NCBI GenBank assembly: GCA_038884975.1
Contig: JAWAAW010000003.1
Span: 19,502 to 83,501 of the forward strand
From: Candidatus Woesearchaeota archaeon
Lineage (GTDB): Archaea > Nanobdellota > Nanobdellia > Woesearchaeales > ARS49
Direction of reading: 5' to 3'
DNA: 64,000 bases
The notes under the pieces were generated by a model that did no database searches, was not told the DNA's origin, and saw only the letters and a list, made by a program, of their open reading frames with translations. Of the stretch, positions 30,603 to 41,300 are shown piece by piece; within the stretch, counting starts at the first letter, position 1; each line of letters begins with the position of its first letter. The translations under genes were made by a program, and so were the position numbers.

Positions 30603-32226
30603 TACACTCACCCCCGACATTATTGTTCTTTAGGATAACAATTTGGTCGTTTTGGAATACTGGGGTTGCATTATGATTTATGATAACGCTTCCAAGCTGT
30701 GCAGCAATCTGAACAAGTTGTGGTGCGTATGCGCTCTGGCGGTCAACAACATAATAATCAAAACCGCAAATGTCCATCGGAGCACCAAATATGGTCAAGT
30801 TCTGTTCTTTTCCATAAAATCCAAAGTCAAAAAGGTTTTTGCGGTAAATCAAATACATCTCACTCACCAGGATCGGCTCTGTCTTTATCATACGGCGAAA
30901 TCTTCCTTCCTGAGCCATTGCAACAAAGTCATTCGGGTCCAACAGGAAGACCAATCGCTGAATCAGCCTCAGACTCTGGCTATAGCCGTCGCCATACAAG
31001 AAAAGTATTCTTGACCGTTCAGGGGTGTTTTGCTCAACCCACTTAAAACCTTCCCACTGACCGTCATAAATCATGTCAGGATGCATTGGCATATGGTAAG
31101 AATGTACAAAAAAAGCAGCAATGGCTAAAGCAAGTATTGCGGGGACAATGACACCTCCCTTGTGGAATTGCTTAAGCACAAAATAAACAGCAATGCCGAA
31201 AAAAAGGGCAAGATATATTGGCCATAGGAACCTTGTTTGGAATGCGCGGTAATGCAATCCAATGTAGTTTGAAAGCCCTACAAGGAGCATGAATCCCAGT
31301 GCAAGGAGCGCAGTATGAGGTTCTTTGCGAACAAGAAGCAAGGCAAGCATTGCGCCTATTATTATTGCCCACATTGCAAACATTTTGAAATCATTCAATG
31401 GCGGAACCTGAATTGCGCCGAATTCCTCAGGACTCATTGGCCTTAATGACGTATATGCTTCGCCCGTAATCTTATAGTAACCATTGTAAAATATGATTAA
31501 GTAATTGAAAGAGAGTGCAAGCGCAAGAATTGTGGCAAAACCAAGCTGTTTAAGCCACCATTTCAGCTCTGATTTTGTAAGCTTTTTCAGCAAGAACTTG
31601 ACTGCAAGAAAGAATACTACAAACCCATAAAAAAATATTGCTTCGCTGGTGTGCGTGCTCATCACTGCGCCAATAAGTATCCCTGCAGGAACCCACCAGT
31701 GCTTAAGTTCAGGCCTGCTCATCATAAAGAAGAGCGCGATAAGGAAAAAGCTGCCTCCATAAAGAAGAGCTTCGCCCCACGTATAACCAATGATAAATTT
31801 GTAAACGTAAAGGAACACAAAAAGCGGCGCTGCAAGCATTGCGACAGACTTGTTATAACTTCTTATTAGCCAATAAACAATGAAGGCGCCAAAAATCGCA
31901 CACAATGCCATAATGAGCGATAATGCATCGTGCGCTTTCAAGCCACTAATGTGAGAAAATGCGGCAGTAATATGCATCATTAGTGGCGGATGATACGCTA
32001 TTGAGTCATTAAAGCCTGCAACGCTGTAGAAAGGGTTATAACGGAAGTTTCCTGTCTCAGCAACATGCCGCGTCAGCATCACGTACAAAAACCCATCAGT
32101 TGCGCCAAACTGCACTGGCTTTTCGTGTTTGAGCTGATGCTGAAAAACCTCTCCAGGACCAATGTAAAGAAGGCAGCCAAAAACAATTATCAGGAAAATA
32201 ATCTCAATAAGGTTTTCTCGGTTCAT
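30595..32226 (-). CDS. GT-C-like membrane glycosyltransferase
   Basis: Multi-TM; ATDG, HPPL, HTSE, WVEQNTPE and DICGFDY motifs. Confidence 0.65.
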   Translation of the reverse strand: MNRENLIEIIFLIIVFGCLLYIGPGEVFQHQLKHEKPVQFGATDGFLYVMLTRHVAETGNFRYNPFYSVAGFNDSIAYHPPLMMHITAAFSHISGLKAHDALSLIMALCAIFGAFIVYWLIRSYNKSVAMLAAPLFVFLYVYKFIIGYTWGEALLYGGSFFLIALFFMMSRPELKHWWVPAGILIGAVMSTHTSEAIFFYGFVVFFLAVKFLLKKLTKSELKWWLKQLGFATILALALSFNYLIIFYNGYYKITGEAYTSLRPMSPEEFGAIQVPPLNDFKMFAMWAIIIGAMLALLLVRKEPHTALLALGFMLLVGLSNYIGLHYRAFQTRFLWPIYLALFFGIAVYFVLKQFHKGGVIVPAILALAIAAFFVHSYHMPMHPDMIYDGQWEGFKWVEQNTPERSRILFLYGDGYSQSLRLIQRLVFLLDPNDFVAMAQEGRFRRMIKTEPILVSEMYLIYRKNLFDFGFYGKEQNLTIFGAPMDICGFDYYVVDRQSAYAPQLVQIAAQLGSVIINHNATPVFQNDQIVILKNNNVGGECIA

Positions 32227-33320
32227 TCCACTGCCCTCAAAGCATCATTGACACTAATTCTTTTTATGCATTCGTGATTATCAGGACACTTGATAAGCAT
32301 TCCGTCAATATAGCAGGGCTTTTTGTTTGGATGCTTCCACAGGTACTTGTCTTTTGGTCCTCTTGGAGCAAGCTTTATGGGGTCTGTAGGGCCAAAGATT
32401 GCCGTTACCGGCGTATTTACTGCTGATGCGATGTGCATTAAGCCAGAGTCATTGCAGACAAGGCGCCTGCACCTCTTGATAAGCGCGGCTGTTTTTCTCA
32501 AGGATGTTTTTCCTGTGGCATCAACAGCATTTGGAACTCGCTCTTTTACGATTTCTGCAGCATCAATGTCATCAGGGCCACCAACAAGAAGTATCTGAAA
32601 GCCGCGCTTTGAAAGCCTCTCAGCCAGTTTAGCAAACCTTTCAGCAGGCCATCGCTTGATGTTCAAGGTCATTCCCGGATTTTTTGCACCACCAGGAGCA
32701 ATGGCAATTGTTCTGGCAGGATTGAGTTTGTGCTTCCTGAAAAACATTCTTGCAAACCTTTCCTCATCATTAGTTAGAAATAGCTCAATTTCTTTCTGAC
32801 AAATGCTTTTTGAACCCACAACCCTTGCAATTTCCAGATAGGAATCCACATCGTGCATGCGTTTCCCATAAGGCGCGTTAAGCGTGTTCGGGAAACCCTC
32901 GCCATTGCGGTCAAATCCAATTCTTATTGGAACTTTACAAAGCGTTCCAAACATGTTAGCAAGATAAGAAAAATCAAGAATAATCATCAAGTCATATTTC
33001 TCATTCCTTATCTTTCTGGCAATATTATTTATTGCAATCAGGTTTTTCTTGTAGAAAGGACGCTCATTAAAAGAAATTACCCTGTCAATATGCGGGTTGT
33101 TCTCAAGGACGGGTGCAGACCACTCACCCACCCAATAATCAATCCTTGCCCTTGAAAATCTCTTCCTCAATGCTCTTAGTAGAGGGGTCGTCATTAAGAC
33201 ATCACCGATAGCACCAGTCTTGAAAATGCAGATTTTTCTGACCATGCTAAAATCAGGCATTTTAGCAGGCAAGATTTTCCTTATCCTACTGCCTATTCCA
33301 ACAATTGCGCGCTTTATCAT
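32223..33320 (-). CDS. GT9 heptosyltransferase (WaaF-like)
   Basis: GAIGDVLMTTPLLRALRKRF, PGGA...KRWPAERF and NDSGLMHIA..FGPT motifs. Confidence 0.9.
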   Translation of the reverse strand: MIKRAIVGIGSRIRKILPAKMPDFSMVRKICIFKTGAIGDVLMTTPLLRALRKRFSRARIDYWVGEWSAPVLENNPHIDRVISFNERPFYKKNLIAINNIARKIRNEKYDLMIILDFSYLANMFGTLCKVPIRIGFDRNGEGFPNTLNAPYGKRMHDVDSYLEIARVVGSKSICQKEIELFLTNDEERFARMFFRKHKLNPARTIAIAPGGAKNPGMTLNIKRWPAERFAKLAERLSKRGFQILLVGGPDDIDAAEIVKERVPNAVDATGKTSLRKTAALIKRCRRLVCNDSGLMHIASAVNTPVTAIFGPTDPIKLAPRGPKDKYLWKHPNKKPCYIDGMLIKCPDNHECIKRISVNDALRAVE

Positions 33321-34264
33321 TACAATTCCTGCCTTAGCTCTTCTGCGCTTACGCTCGCAGTACCAATCTTGCCAACCTTTATTCCTGCTGCCTGATTTGC
33401 AATGATTGAGGCGTCCTCAAGCGATGCGCCGCTCACAAAAGCCAGAGCAAATGCCGCAAGGAAAGTGTCTCCGGCACCAGTAACATCAAAAACCTGCTTT
33501 GCCTTTGTCGGAATATGAGTAGTGGTCCCCTCTTTGCCAAAAATGCTGACGCCTTTTGCACCACGCGTGATTATCACGTGAGAATTAAGGTCTTGAACAA
33601 GCCTCTTGCCAATTTCCTCAATCTGGTCACCGTTGTGTTCCTCAACACCCACAAGCTCACACGCTTCCTTATTATTCGTCTTAACAACAGTGGCGCCAGC
33701 ATAATTAATCTGCCTCCTTGGCTTGACGTCAACAAATACAGGCACTTTTAGAGCCTCAGCCAGATGAAGGATGTCATTGTACAATTGCTGGGTAATAATC
33801 CCTTTTGCATAGTCAGAAATTATTATCCCATCGCAAGGGGTGTCCTTGATGACGTCAAGAATCTTCTTGCCAGTCTCGTCATCAATCGGGTGCTTGTATT
33901 CATAATCAATACGTGCGAGCTGTTGTTTAATCCCCATTACCCTGATTTTCGTGGTCGTGGGGCGATTATCAAGAATGAGTTGGGAGGCAATCCCGCGCTG
34001 TTCAAGCTCTTTTATCAAGATGTCCTTGTGCATGTCGTCTCCAACCATTCCAACAAGCACTGCCCTGCCTCCAAGCGAGACGATATTGTTCGCAGCATTT
34101 GCGGCACCGCCAGGAGCATAAGTCTCGCTTTGCACTTCAACAACAGGAACAGGCGCTTCTGGAGAAACCCTTGAAACATTCCCCCAAATATACCTGTCAA
34201 GCATGACATCGCCAAGGACAAGAATTGTTTTTTCTTTAAACCGGTCAATTATTGATTTGTCCAT
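33320..34264 (-). CDS. rfaE1: D-glycero-beta-D-manno-heptose-7-phosphate kinase (HldE kinase domain)
   Basis: GDVMLDRY, RVSPEAPVPV, GGAANAA, SDYAKG and DVTGAGDT motifs. Confidence 0.93.
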   Translation of the reverse strand: MDKSIIDRFKEKTILVLGDVMLDRYIWGNVSRVSPEAPVPVVEVQSETYAPGGAANAANNIVSLGGRAVLVGMVGDDMHKDILIKELEQRGIASQLILDNRPTTTKIRVMGIKQQLARIDYEYKHPIDDETGKKILDVIKDTPCDGIIISDYAKGIITQQLYNDILHLAEALKVPVFVDVKPRRQINYAGATVVKTNNKEACELVGVEEHNGDQIEEIGKRLVQDLNSHVIITRGAKGVSIFGKEGTTTHIPTKAKQVFDVTGAGDTFLAAFALAFVSGASLEDASIIANQAAGIKVGKIGTASVSAEELRQEL

Positions 34265-34318
34265 GAGCCCCCGACGGAACGAGCAGGAACTGCTTTAAAA
34301 AACTATCGCGCAACTTGC

Positions 34319-34798
34319 CTATTTCCTTGCTGCAGAATTGTAAATCCTGTTAATGATGTTTGTTGTGGAGTCAGGACGGAATGAGACTATCCTTACTTCC
34401 CCACCGTGCTTTCTTACAATTGGTGTTTCAACCATTTTTTCAGGATCATAATCATCACCCTTCACGTGAACGTGCGGCTTCACCTGCTCAAGAAAAGCGC
34501 GCGGGTCTGTCTCGTTGAAAATAGCAACATAATCAACCATTTCAAGAGCAGCAAGAATCTCAGCACGCTGGTCCTGCGGAAACACAGGCCTTGTCGGACC
34601 CTTCAACTTGCGTGTTGACTCATCAGAATTAATACCAACAAAAAGAACGTCACCTTGCTGCTTGGCGAGCTTGAGAAATCCCACATGACCTATGTGCATC
34701 AAGTCAAAAATGCCATTAGTAGTAACTATTTTCTTACCCTGCTTTTTCAGTTCCTCAGATACTTTTGCAAGTTCTTCCCACGAAATAACTTTTCCCAT
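34319..34798 (-). CDS. rfaE2: Heptose-1-phosphate adenylyltransferase (HldE nucleotidyltransferase domain)
   Basis: TNGIFDLMHIGH, GINSDES..LKGPTRP, KGDDY and STTNII motifs. Confidence 0.9.
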   Translation of the reverse strand: MGKVISWEELAKVSEELKKQGKKIVTTNGIFDLMHIGHVGFLKLAKQQGDVLFVGINSDESTRKLKGPTRPVFPQDQRAEILAALEMVDYVAIFNETDPRAFLEQVKPHVHVKGDDYDPEKMVETPIVRKHGGEVRIVSFRPDSTTNIINRIYNSAARK

Positions 34799-34845
34799 GC
34801 GCAGAACAAGCAATTCCCGCTTTAAAAAGCTAATGGATTACTTGT

Positions 34846-35412
34846 TTATTTTGCAAATGCAGAATCAATAAGCTTGCACCAAACGTGAATTATCATGGTG
34901 TGGCATTCCTGAATCCTTGCTGTAATGCCTGAAGGAATAATTATGCAGTCTGGCAAGCACTTCATTTTTCCACCATCCCTGCCGGTGAGACCAATAATTT
35001 CCATTCCCCTGTTTTTTGCAGCATCTATTGCTTTCAGGATGTTTGGAGAGTTTCCTGAAGTGGAGATCGCAACAAGAACATCACCTTTGTTGCCCAATGC
35101 GTCTATCTGCCGTGCAAATACAGAATCAAATCCATAATCATTCCCTCCTGCACTGAGACTGCTCGTGTCTGTTGTCAATGCAATTGCAGGAAGGGCGCGG
35201 CGTTCCTTTTCAAACCTTACAACAAGCTCTGCTGCAAAGTGCTGAGAGTCAGCTGCAGAGCCGCCATTGCCGCACACAAGGATTTTATTGCCATTCTTCA
35301 GGGCAGCTATCAGAACGCTTGCTGTCTTTTCTATGGACGGAACCAGCTTGGCAAGAACTTCCTGCTTCGTACTGATTGAGTCCTGAATTTGTTGCCTAAT
35401 AATGTCTTGCAT
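34846..35412 (-). CDS. gmhA: Sedoheptulose-7-phosphate isomerase
   Basis: CGNGGSAADSQHFAAEL, NDYGF..VFARQ, ISTSGNSPN and RIQECH motifs. Confidence 0.95.
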   Translation of the reverse strand: MQDIIRQQIQDSISTKQEVLAKLVPSIEKTASVLIAALKNGNKILVCGNGGSAADSQHFAAELVVRFEKERRALPAIALTTDTSSLSAGGNDYGFDSVFARQIDALGNKGDVLVAISTSGNSPNILKAIDAAKNRGMEIIGLTGRDGGKMKCLPDCIIIPSGITARIQECHTMIIHVWCKLIDSAFAK

Positions 35413-36511
35413 GCAACAACCTCCTTGCCTTTTGCAATACATCATCCACGCTGATTAATGACATGTGCCTATGACCTTTGCAGTCAGGAATCTGTCCCTT
35501 GTGCACGTTAATGCACGGCCTAGGCAGGACAGGCTTGTAAACAAAATCATTACCAGGACCATAAGGAGCCCAGCGCACAGGCGTGTTTGGACAGTAAAGC
35601 CCAAGCGTGGGAGTTCCCATTGCTGCAGAAATATGCACAGGACCAGAATCATTGCTAATCGTGAGAGCAGCCCGGGAGACCATAGCTGCCTGCTGCTTCA
35701 AATTAAGCTCGTAAGCATCTGATACTGGAGGATGCTTCATTTTACTCGCAACAGCATCAACAAATTCCTTTTCTGAACGACCGCTCATAAGGACAATCTT
35801 AACAAGAAACTCCTTTACAAGGGCGTCTCCCACAGCGGCAAAACGCTCAGGAGCCCAGATTCTTCCGCGTGACGATGCGCCTGCTGCAGGGCAAAGAACC
35901 ACAAACCTGTCGCCTGGCTTGATTCCGCGCTCCTTCAGGAACAGGGCTGCCTTTTTTTTGTCATCAGCACTCACTGCCAGCGGAACAAGACGTTCAGGAA
36001 CGTGAGTCACGCCAAGAGGACCCATAAGGTCAATGTACGTCCTGACCATGTGCTGGTTGTCATTGAAAATAACCCTGTCGGTGTAAAGAAGATGTCTTAT
36101 GCTATGCGAAAATCCGACACGACGCTTTCCAAGCCACCACGCAAGAAGAGCAGACTCGTTCAAGTAAGGCTCTGCATCAACAACAACATCATACCTCCTG
36201 AGCCTTGGAATAAGAGCCAATAATCCTTTTGGTTCTGCGCTCATTATGCTGTCAATGAATTTCAAGCCCTCAAAAACGCTCTTGACGCGGTCCCTGCAAA
36301 GAACATCAATCCTTGCCTTTGGGTATTTTCTCCTGAGCTCCTTAATTGCTGGCAACAAGACAATGCTGTCGCCCAAAGCCCACAGTTTTATTACGAGTAT
36401 TTTTCCTGTCGTGAGCTTTGATTTTGGAAACAGCAATGAAAAAAACCAGATAGGCAGTATTAGGACTGCGCCAATTATACGGTCAATCCAGCGAAGAATT
36501 GCAGTCTTCAT
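35396..36511 (-). CDS. GT9 heptosyltransferase-like glycosyltransferase
   Basis: ALGDSIVLLPAIKELRRKYPKARID and SNDSGPVHISAAMGTPT motifs. Confidence 0.88.
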   Translation of the reverse strand: MKTAILRWIDRIIGAVLILPIWFFSLLFPKSKLTTGKILVIKLWALGDSIVLLPAIKELRRKYPKARIDVLCRDRVKSVFEGLKFIDSIMSAEPKGLLALIPRLRRYDVVVDAEPYLNESALLAWWLGKRRVGFSHSIRHLLYTDRVIFNDNQHMVRTYIDLMGPLGVTHVPERLVPLAVSADDKKKAALFLKERGIKPGDRFVVLCPAAGASSRGRIWAPERFAAVGDALVKEFLVKIVLMSGRSEKEFVDAVASKMKHPPVSDAYELNLKQQAAMVSRAALTISNDSGPVHISAAMGTPTLGLYCPNTPVRWAPYGPGNDFVYKPVLPRPCINVHKGQIPDCKGHRHMSLISVDDVLQKARRLLHARHY

Positions 36512-36846
36512 TTGCGCCTTGGCAGCCTCACTGCAACCTCCCTAACAAGTTTTGTTATTTCCTGACTCTGCTTTTCCTGATTCACATAAATCCTGAACAC
36601 AAGATAAAAGAGCAGAAGGATGCTGATGTAAACAGCAAGGTCAATCGGCCTGCTAATTCCAAAAAACTTGGAAACAATGTCTGCTGTCTGAGGCAAAAGG
36701 ACAGTAGTAATAACTGCAGCCCAAATTATTGTCCAAAAGCTGAACTCACCAATTGAAATCTCCCTGTCTCTCAAACGGAGAATTGCCCTGCTCCACGCAA
36801 ACAATGCAAAAATCACAACAATGACCTGCAATGGGGTAATATTCAT
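36508..36846 (-). CDS. DUF2304-family small membrane protein (GT2 partner)
   Basis: Three TMs, FGISRPIDL and C-terminal ITKLVREVA; GAGGTGA RBS; lies directly downstream of a GT2. Confidence 0.8.
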   Translation of the reverse strand: MNITPLQVIVVIFALFAWSRAILRLRDREISIGEFSFWTIIWAAVITTVLLPQTADIVSKFFGISRPIDLAVYISILLLFYLVFRIYVNQEKQSQEITKLVREVAVRLPRRK

Positions 36847-36850
36847 TTTT

Positions 36851-37543
36851 TCACCTCAACAAAAACTTTTTCATAATCATATTGTACAGGATGCGGCATC
36901 CTTCTGCAAAGGAACCATGACCCTTTCTTAATGTTTCTTCTGTGTAGCGGATTACAACAGGAACCTCCTTATACTTGAGATTGTTCCTGCGCACTTCCTC
37001 AACAATTTCTGACGCGTGGGCCATGCGGTCAGAAGTAATCTTGATTTTTTCAGCAGCATTTCTTGAAATTGCTCGGAAGCCATTGTGCGCGTCAGTCATT
37101 TTGACACCATAAAACAACCAAAGAACAAGAACGCCTATTTTGAGAAGAATTTTCCTGACAAAAGGAATACCAGAATCCTTTTTGAGAAACCTTGAACCAA
37201 AAGTAACGTCCACCTCACCACTCACAACAGGCTTTATGACAGCAGGAATGTCCTCAACACGATGCTGACCGTCAGCATCAAAAGTAACAATAACATCCGC
37301 ACCTTGCTCCAGAGCATAATCAATTCCCGTCTTTAATGCAGCTCCCTGTCCCCTGTTGACAATATGTTGCAATACTGTCGCGCCTGCACTCAGAGCAGCA
37401 TCGAATGTTTTGTCTTTGCTGCCATCATCAATAACAACCACGTTCTTGTATCCTGCACTGTGAAGTTCTTTCACTACATCAGAAATAGAATTCTCCTCAT
37501 TATATGCTGCAATCACGATAAAAACATTGTTTCCCATTGCCAA
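36851..37543 (-). CDS. GT2 polyprenol-phosphate hexosamine/hexose transferase
   Basis: AAYNEE, DDGSKD, NRGQGAALKTG, FDADGQH and TDAHNGFR motifs. Confidence 0.9.
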   Translation of the reverse strand: MAMGNNVFIVIAAYNEENSISDVVKELHSAGYKNVVVIDDGSKDKTFDAALSAGATVLQHIVNRGQGAALKTGIDYALEQGADVIVTFDADGQHRVEDIPAVIKPVVSGEVDVTFGSRFLKKDSGIPFVRKILLKIGVLVLWLFYGVKMTDAHNGFRAISRNAAEKIKITSDRMAHASEIVEEVRRNNLKYKEVPVVIRYTEETLRKGHGSFAEGCRILYNMIMKKFLLR

Positions 37544-37587
37544 AAAAAGAGCAGAAGTTGGTTTATTAAGATTGTGGATTAACAGGA

Positions 37588-38298
37588 CTACTTGAATATT
37601 TTTCTTATTTTGTACGCATACAGGAATGCTATCTGCCTAAGGTAGTCTAAGTTTGTTTTCCATGTCATCTTGCTCTTGTCAAACGCGCGATGGACAAAGA
37701 CATAAGGCACTTCCTTAATTTTGTTGTTATGCTTTCCCCTGACCATAACCTCAAGACCTAACTTGTAACCAATAGTCCTTACTTTGACTCCTTTCAGGAC
37801 TTCTGGCTTAATAAACAAAAAACCACTCATTGTATCCCTAACGTTGGTAAGGGGCTTTGCAAGCAAGCGGGCAACCCAGGAAATAAATCGCCTGTGCAAA
37901 GCCCAGCCCTTGACACCGCCGCCTTTGACAAGCCTGCTTCCAACAGCAACAAGATATCCATCATCAGTAATTGCCCTGACAAGGTCTGGAATAAGCTCAG
38001 GGCTGTGCTGAAGGTCAGCATCAATCCATCCAACAACATCGCCCTTTGAGTGATTGAAGCCGTGAAGCATTGCTGAACTCAATCCGCGTTCATTGGTTCT
38101 GAGAAATACACGTACGTTGTATTTTTTTGAAAGTTTTTTCGCAATTTCATAAGTGCCGTCTGAAGAATTGTCATCAACAACAATGCATTCATAATGCATT
38201 CTTGCCTTTTGCATTGCTTTATCAATTCTGGGAATTAGAAGGGGCAGGTTTCTTGACTCATTATAAGTCGGAATCACAATGGAGACCAGTTTTGCCAT
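37588..38298 (-). CDS. Polyprenol-phosphate mannose synthase (DPM1-like)
   Basis: PTYNE, DDNSSDGT, RGLSSA, DADLQHSPE, DTMSGF and GYKLGLE motifs. Confidence 0.88.
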   Translation of the reverse strand: MAKLVSIVIPTYNESRNLPLLIPRIDKAMQKARMHYECIVVDDNSSDGTYEIAKKLSKKYNVRVFLRTNERGLSSAMLHGFNHSKGDVVGWIDADLQHSPELIPDLVRAITDDGYLVAVGSRLVKGGGVKGWALHRRFISWVARLLAKPLTNVRDTMSGFLFIKPEVLKGVKVRTIGYKLGLEVMVRGKHNNKIKEVPYVFVHRAFDKSKMTWKTNLDYLRQIAFLYAYKIRKIFK

Positions 38299-38302
38299 TT
38301 TT

Positions 38303-41300
38303 TTAACTTGATTTTGGCGTCAGCCCTACAAGCCGTATCTTGAACCTCAACGTCTGATTGCCAAGCTTATGCGCCTTTGGATCAAAGCCGTAAGCCGCAT
38401 TGGGAGGAATCTGCACTATTTGTTCCTCACCAGGCTCCATCCCCCTCACAGCAGCGTCAAAACCCTCAATCACCTGTCCAGAACCGATTATGAATCTCAA
38501 CGGCTGGCTAAGTTCATAGTCATCAAACGAACTCTCTATTGTAATGTTGTTTTTCTTCCAGTCCTTTATACTGCTATCAAAAACAGTGCCGTCAAGCAAC
38601 GCGCCAGTGTAGTAAACACTTACTTCATCACCTTCCTGAGCCCCTTTCTTTTTGGTCTCGTTCTTTTTTTCTTCTTCAGCCATTCTTATCGCCTCAAAAC
38701 CGCTGTAAACCTGTGTTGTGTTGCCTGCCCAGTCAACTTTGTAAGTATGTATGCTGCCGCCGGTAATTTCACGTTCGCTCTTGAACTTGATGAAGTGATG
38801 CAAGCCATGCCCCTCAAGGAAATAAAGCCGTGCAAAAATACTTGTCAAAAGTTCAGGACTGCCCATAACGCACTTATAAGTCCCAATGCCGGTCGGGTAA
38901 AGCAGGAACCCAACGCCGGTGTTTGAATTGTTAAGGCTTGTCTTCTTCATTCCACCATCAGCAGTAATGGTTATTGCAACGCTTGGTCTTCCAACACCCT
39001 GGTCAGTCTTGATAACAGCCACGTGTTCAGAAGCATTGTAAATCAAGCCATTAGTGCAACCTATAAGGTCTCCTTGTGTCTGGCAATCCGCTGCCTCGCC
39101 AAGGATTCCAAGCCAAGGGGAAATCCACGTGTTCGCATCACTCTCGCTCGTGATTGCCTGAACGTCAAAATATGCCTGTTCTGCCTGCTCGCGCGTATAA
39201 TTCCACTCATTCATCATAATCTGAACTGCTTCTTCTTGCGGCAAATTCTTCAGCTCCATCCAGAGCTTTGCACGCTCAAAATTCCAGAACCCAAAATGGC
39301 TCCAAACACCAGACTTGCCAATCATGTCACCAGAAGCAATGAAATAATCCTCAGGAGGATCGCAATGAGTAAGCTTGAGTATTTTTTCCTGCTCATTAAT
39401 ATCCTCGCTCGCAAGTATTGCAAGGGCTTCTTTTTTGTCAGCAACAACAAGCCGGTAAAGCAACTTGGCAGACTTCACAGGGTCCTTAAGCTGGGAGTTA
39501 ATAACCTCGAATGCAGAGTTTGAACCGCAATCAAGCATTCTCAAAATCCCAACAGCCTCTGTCTCATCGCTTGTGGCAAGCACGCGACCAATCCAATGAG
39601 CCATTGGAGTATTCTGGGAGGCGCCGTCAAAAGTCACTGCACGGTCAGCCACATACTTGAAATGATGACCAAAATCCCACCACGAATTAATTATTGCATC
39701 AGGCCTTGAGTCCTCTTTTATTGCGGTCAATGTTGACCACCACGCATCATTCATTATAGGGATATCACTTCCACCAGCACTGTACGCCGCCCTTGCTTGA
39801 CCCATCAGTGTGAAAGTTATGAGCGCAATCATTACACCATGCGCTGCAAACTTGTTCAGGTGCAAGTCCTTAATGCTCACCCTGACAGCCCAATCATATG
39901 CTTTACCAAGAGCAATCCCGAAAACAACCGAAAAAGCAGGAGCCATAAGCAAAGTAAATCTTACGCCCTTCAGGCTGGCGTACATTGTTGCAATAATCCA
40001 GAGCGCAAAAAGCGGCGCATACTTAAGGTCAACACTCCATTTGCCCTCTGAGCGTCTGAAAAGAAGCATTGCAATGCCTGCAATGGCAATCCAGAACATT
40101 GCCCAACCACCAACAGAACCAACAACACCATTAATGTCAGTCGGATTAAGTTCTGCAACAGTTGTGTAAACATTGGGCCAAAGAGTTGGGTGTGCTGCTG
40201 CCTTTATGATGACAAAGTGCAAAGGCTGCAACAATGCACCGGTGAACTGCTGGAATTCGGTAAACAACGAGACAAATACGGCAGACGAAGCAAGGTATGT
40301 TATTGATAAGATTGCCCTCTTTTTGATTATTTCCTTAAGCTTGTTCACGTGCTTGTGATTCCTCACGATTTCGCTCGTTACCAGTATTGCGAACGCTGCA
40401 AGGATGAAGTCAAAAACATACCACCAGCCACCCCGCCATGCAAAAGCGTAAAGCCCCATCACAAAACCAGTCATGACAGAAAATCCAATGATTTTCTTTA
40501 TCTCTTCCGCATCAATCATTAGAGTATAGAGCCACGTGATGAGCAGGGGGAAGAAGATGTTATAAGCATCAGTGTCAGCATGCCCCCAGCCAGTCCTGAC
40601 AATTATTGAAGGCAGTATTGCAACAGTCGTTGCAGTAATGATTCCACCAGGAATTCCTGCAAAACGCCTGCCAATAAAGAACGCAGGAACCATTGCGAGC
40701 AAAATAAAAATAATCGGGAAATAAGAAGCAGCCTGCATAAGTGTTATTTTCGGGCTGAAAATCCTGAGAATCCTGTACTGCCACAAGAGCATATAGGGCT
40801 GAAGTTCGCGCCTGAACTCACCACCAAGAGGGGCAACCATATGGTTGTCAATTAGCTTGCCATCCCTTATTTCATCAGCATACTTGCCTTTCTCAAGAAG
40901 GTTTCTTGCATAACGCAAATAAGTGTAAGGGTCAATGTCAGGCATGTACGTGTATTTTTTGCCATCAACATCATACTTCCAAAACTCCTTAATCTGCTGA
41001 TTAACTGCCTTGACCTGCAAGTCAATCTGGGACTTTTGCTGATTGTATATCTTGTTCCATTCCTCATCAATGATTTTTTGCTTCCTCTCATCCGGAAGGT
41101 TTGGGTATTGCTGGTTCAAGGCATCAACCAACTGGTTCTTCAACAATGTTGTGACGTGGCTATTAGCCCACCCCTCTGTCATTGGCAGTTCCTCACTTCT
41201 GAGGCGCATGTACATGCCGCCCCAAGGCATGTAAAAATCCTTGCTGCCAAGCACAATCCTGTTAGGCACGAACTGCATTATCAGAAGCACCCCAAGAATT

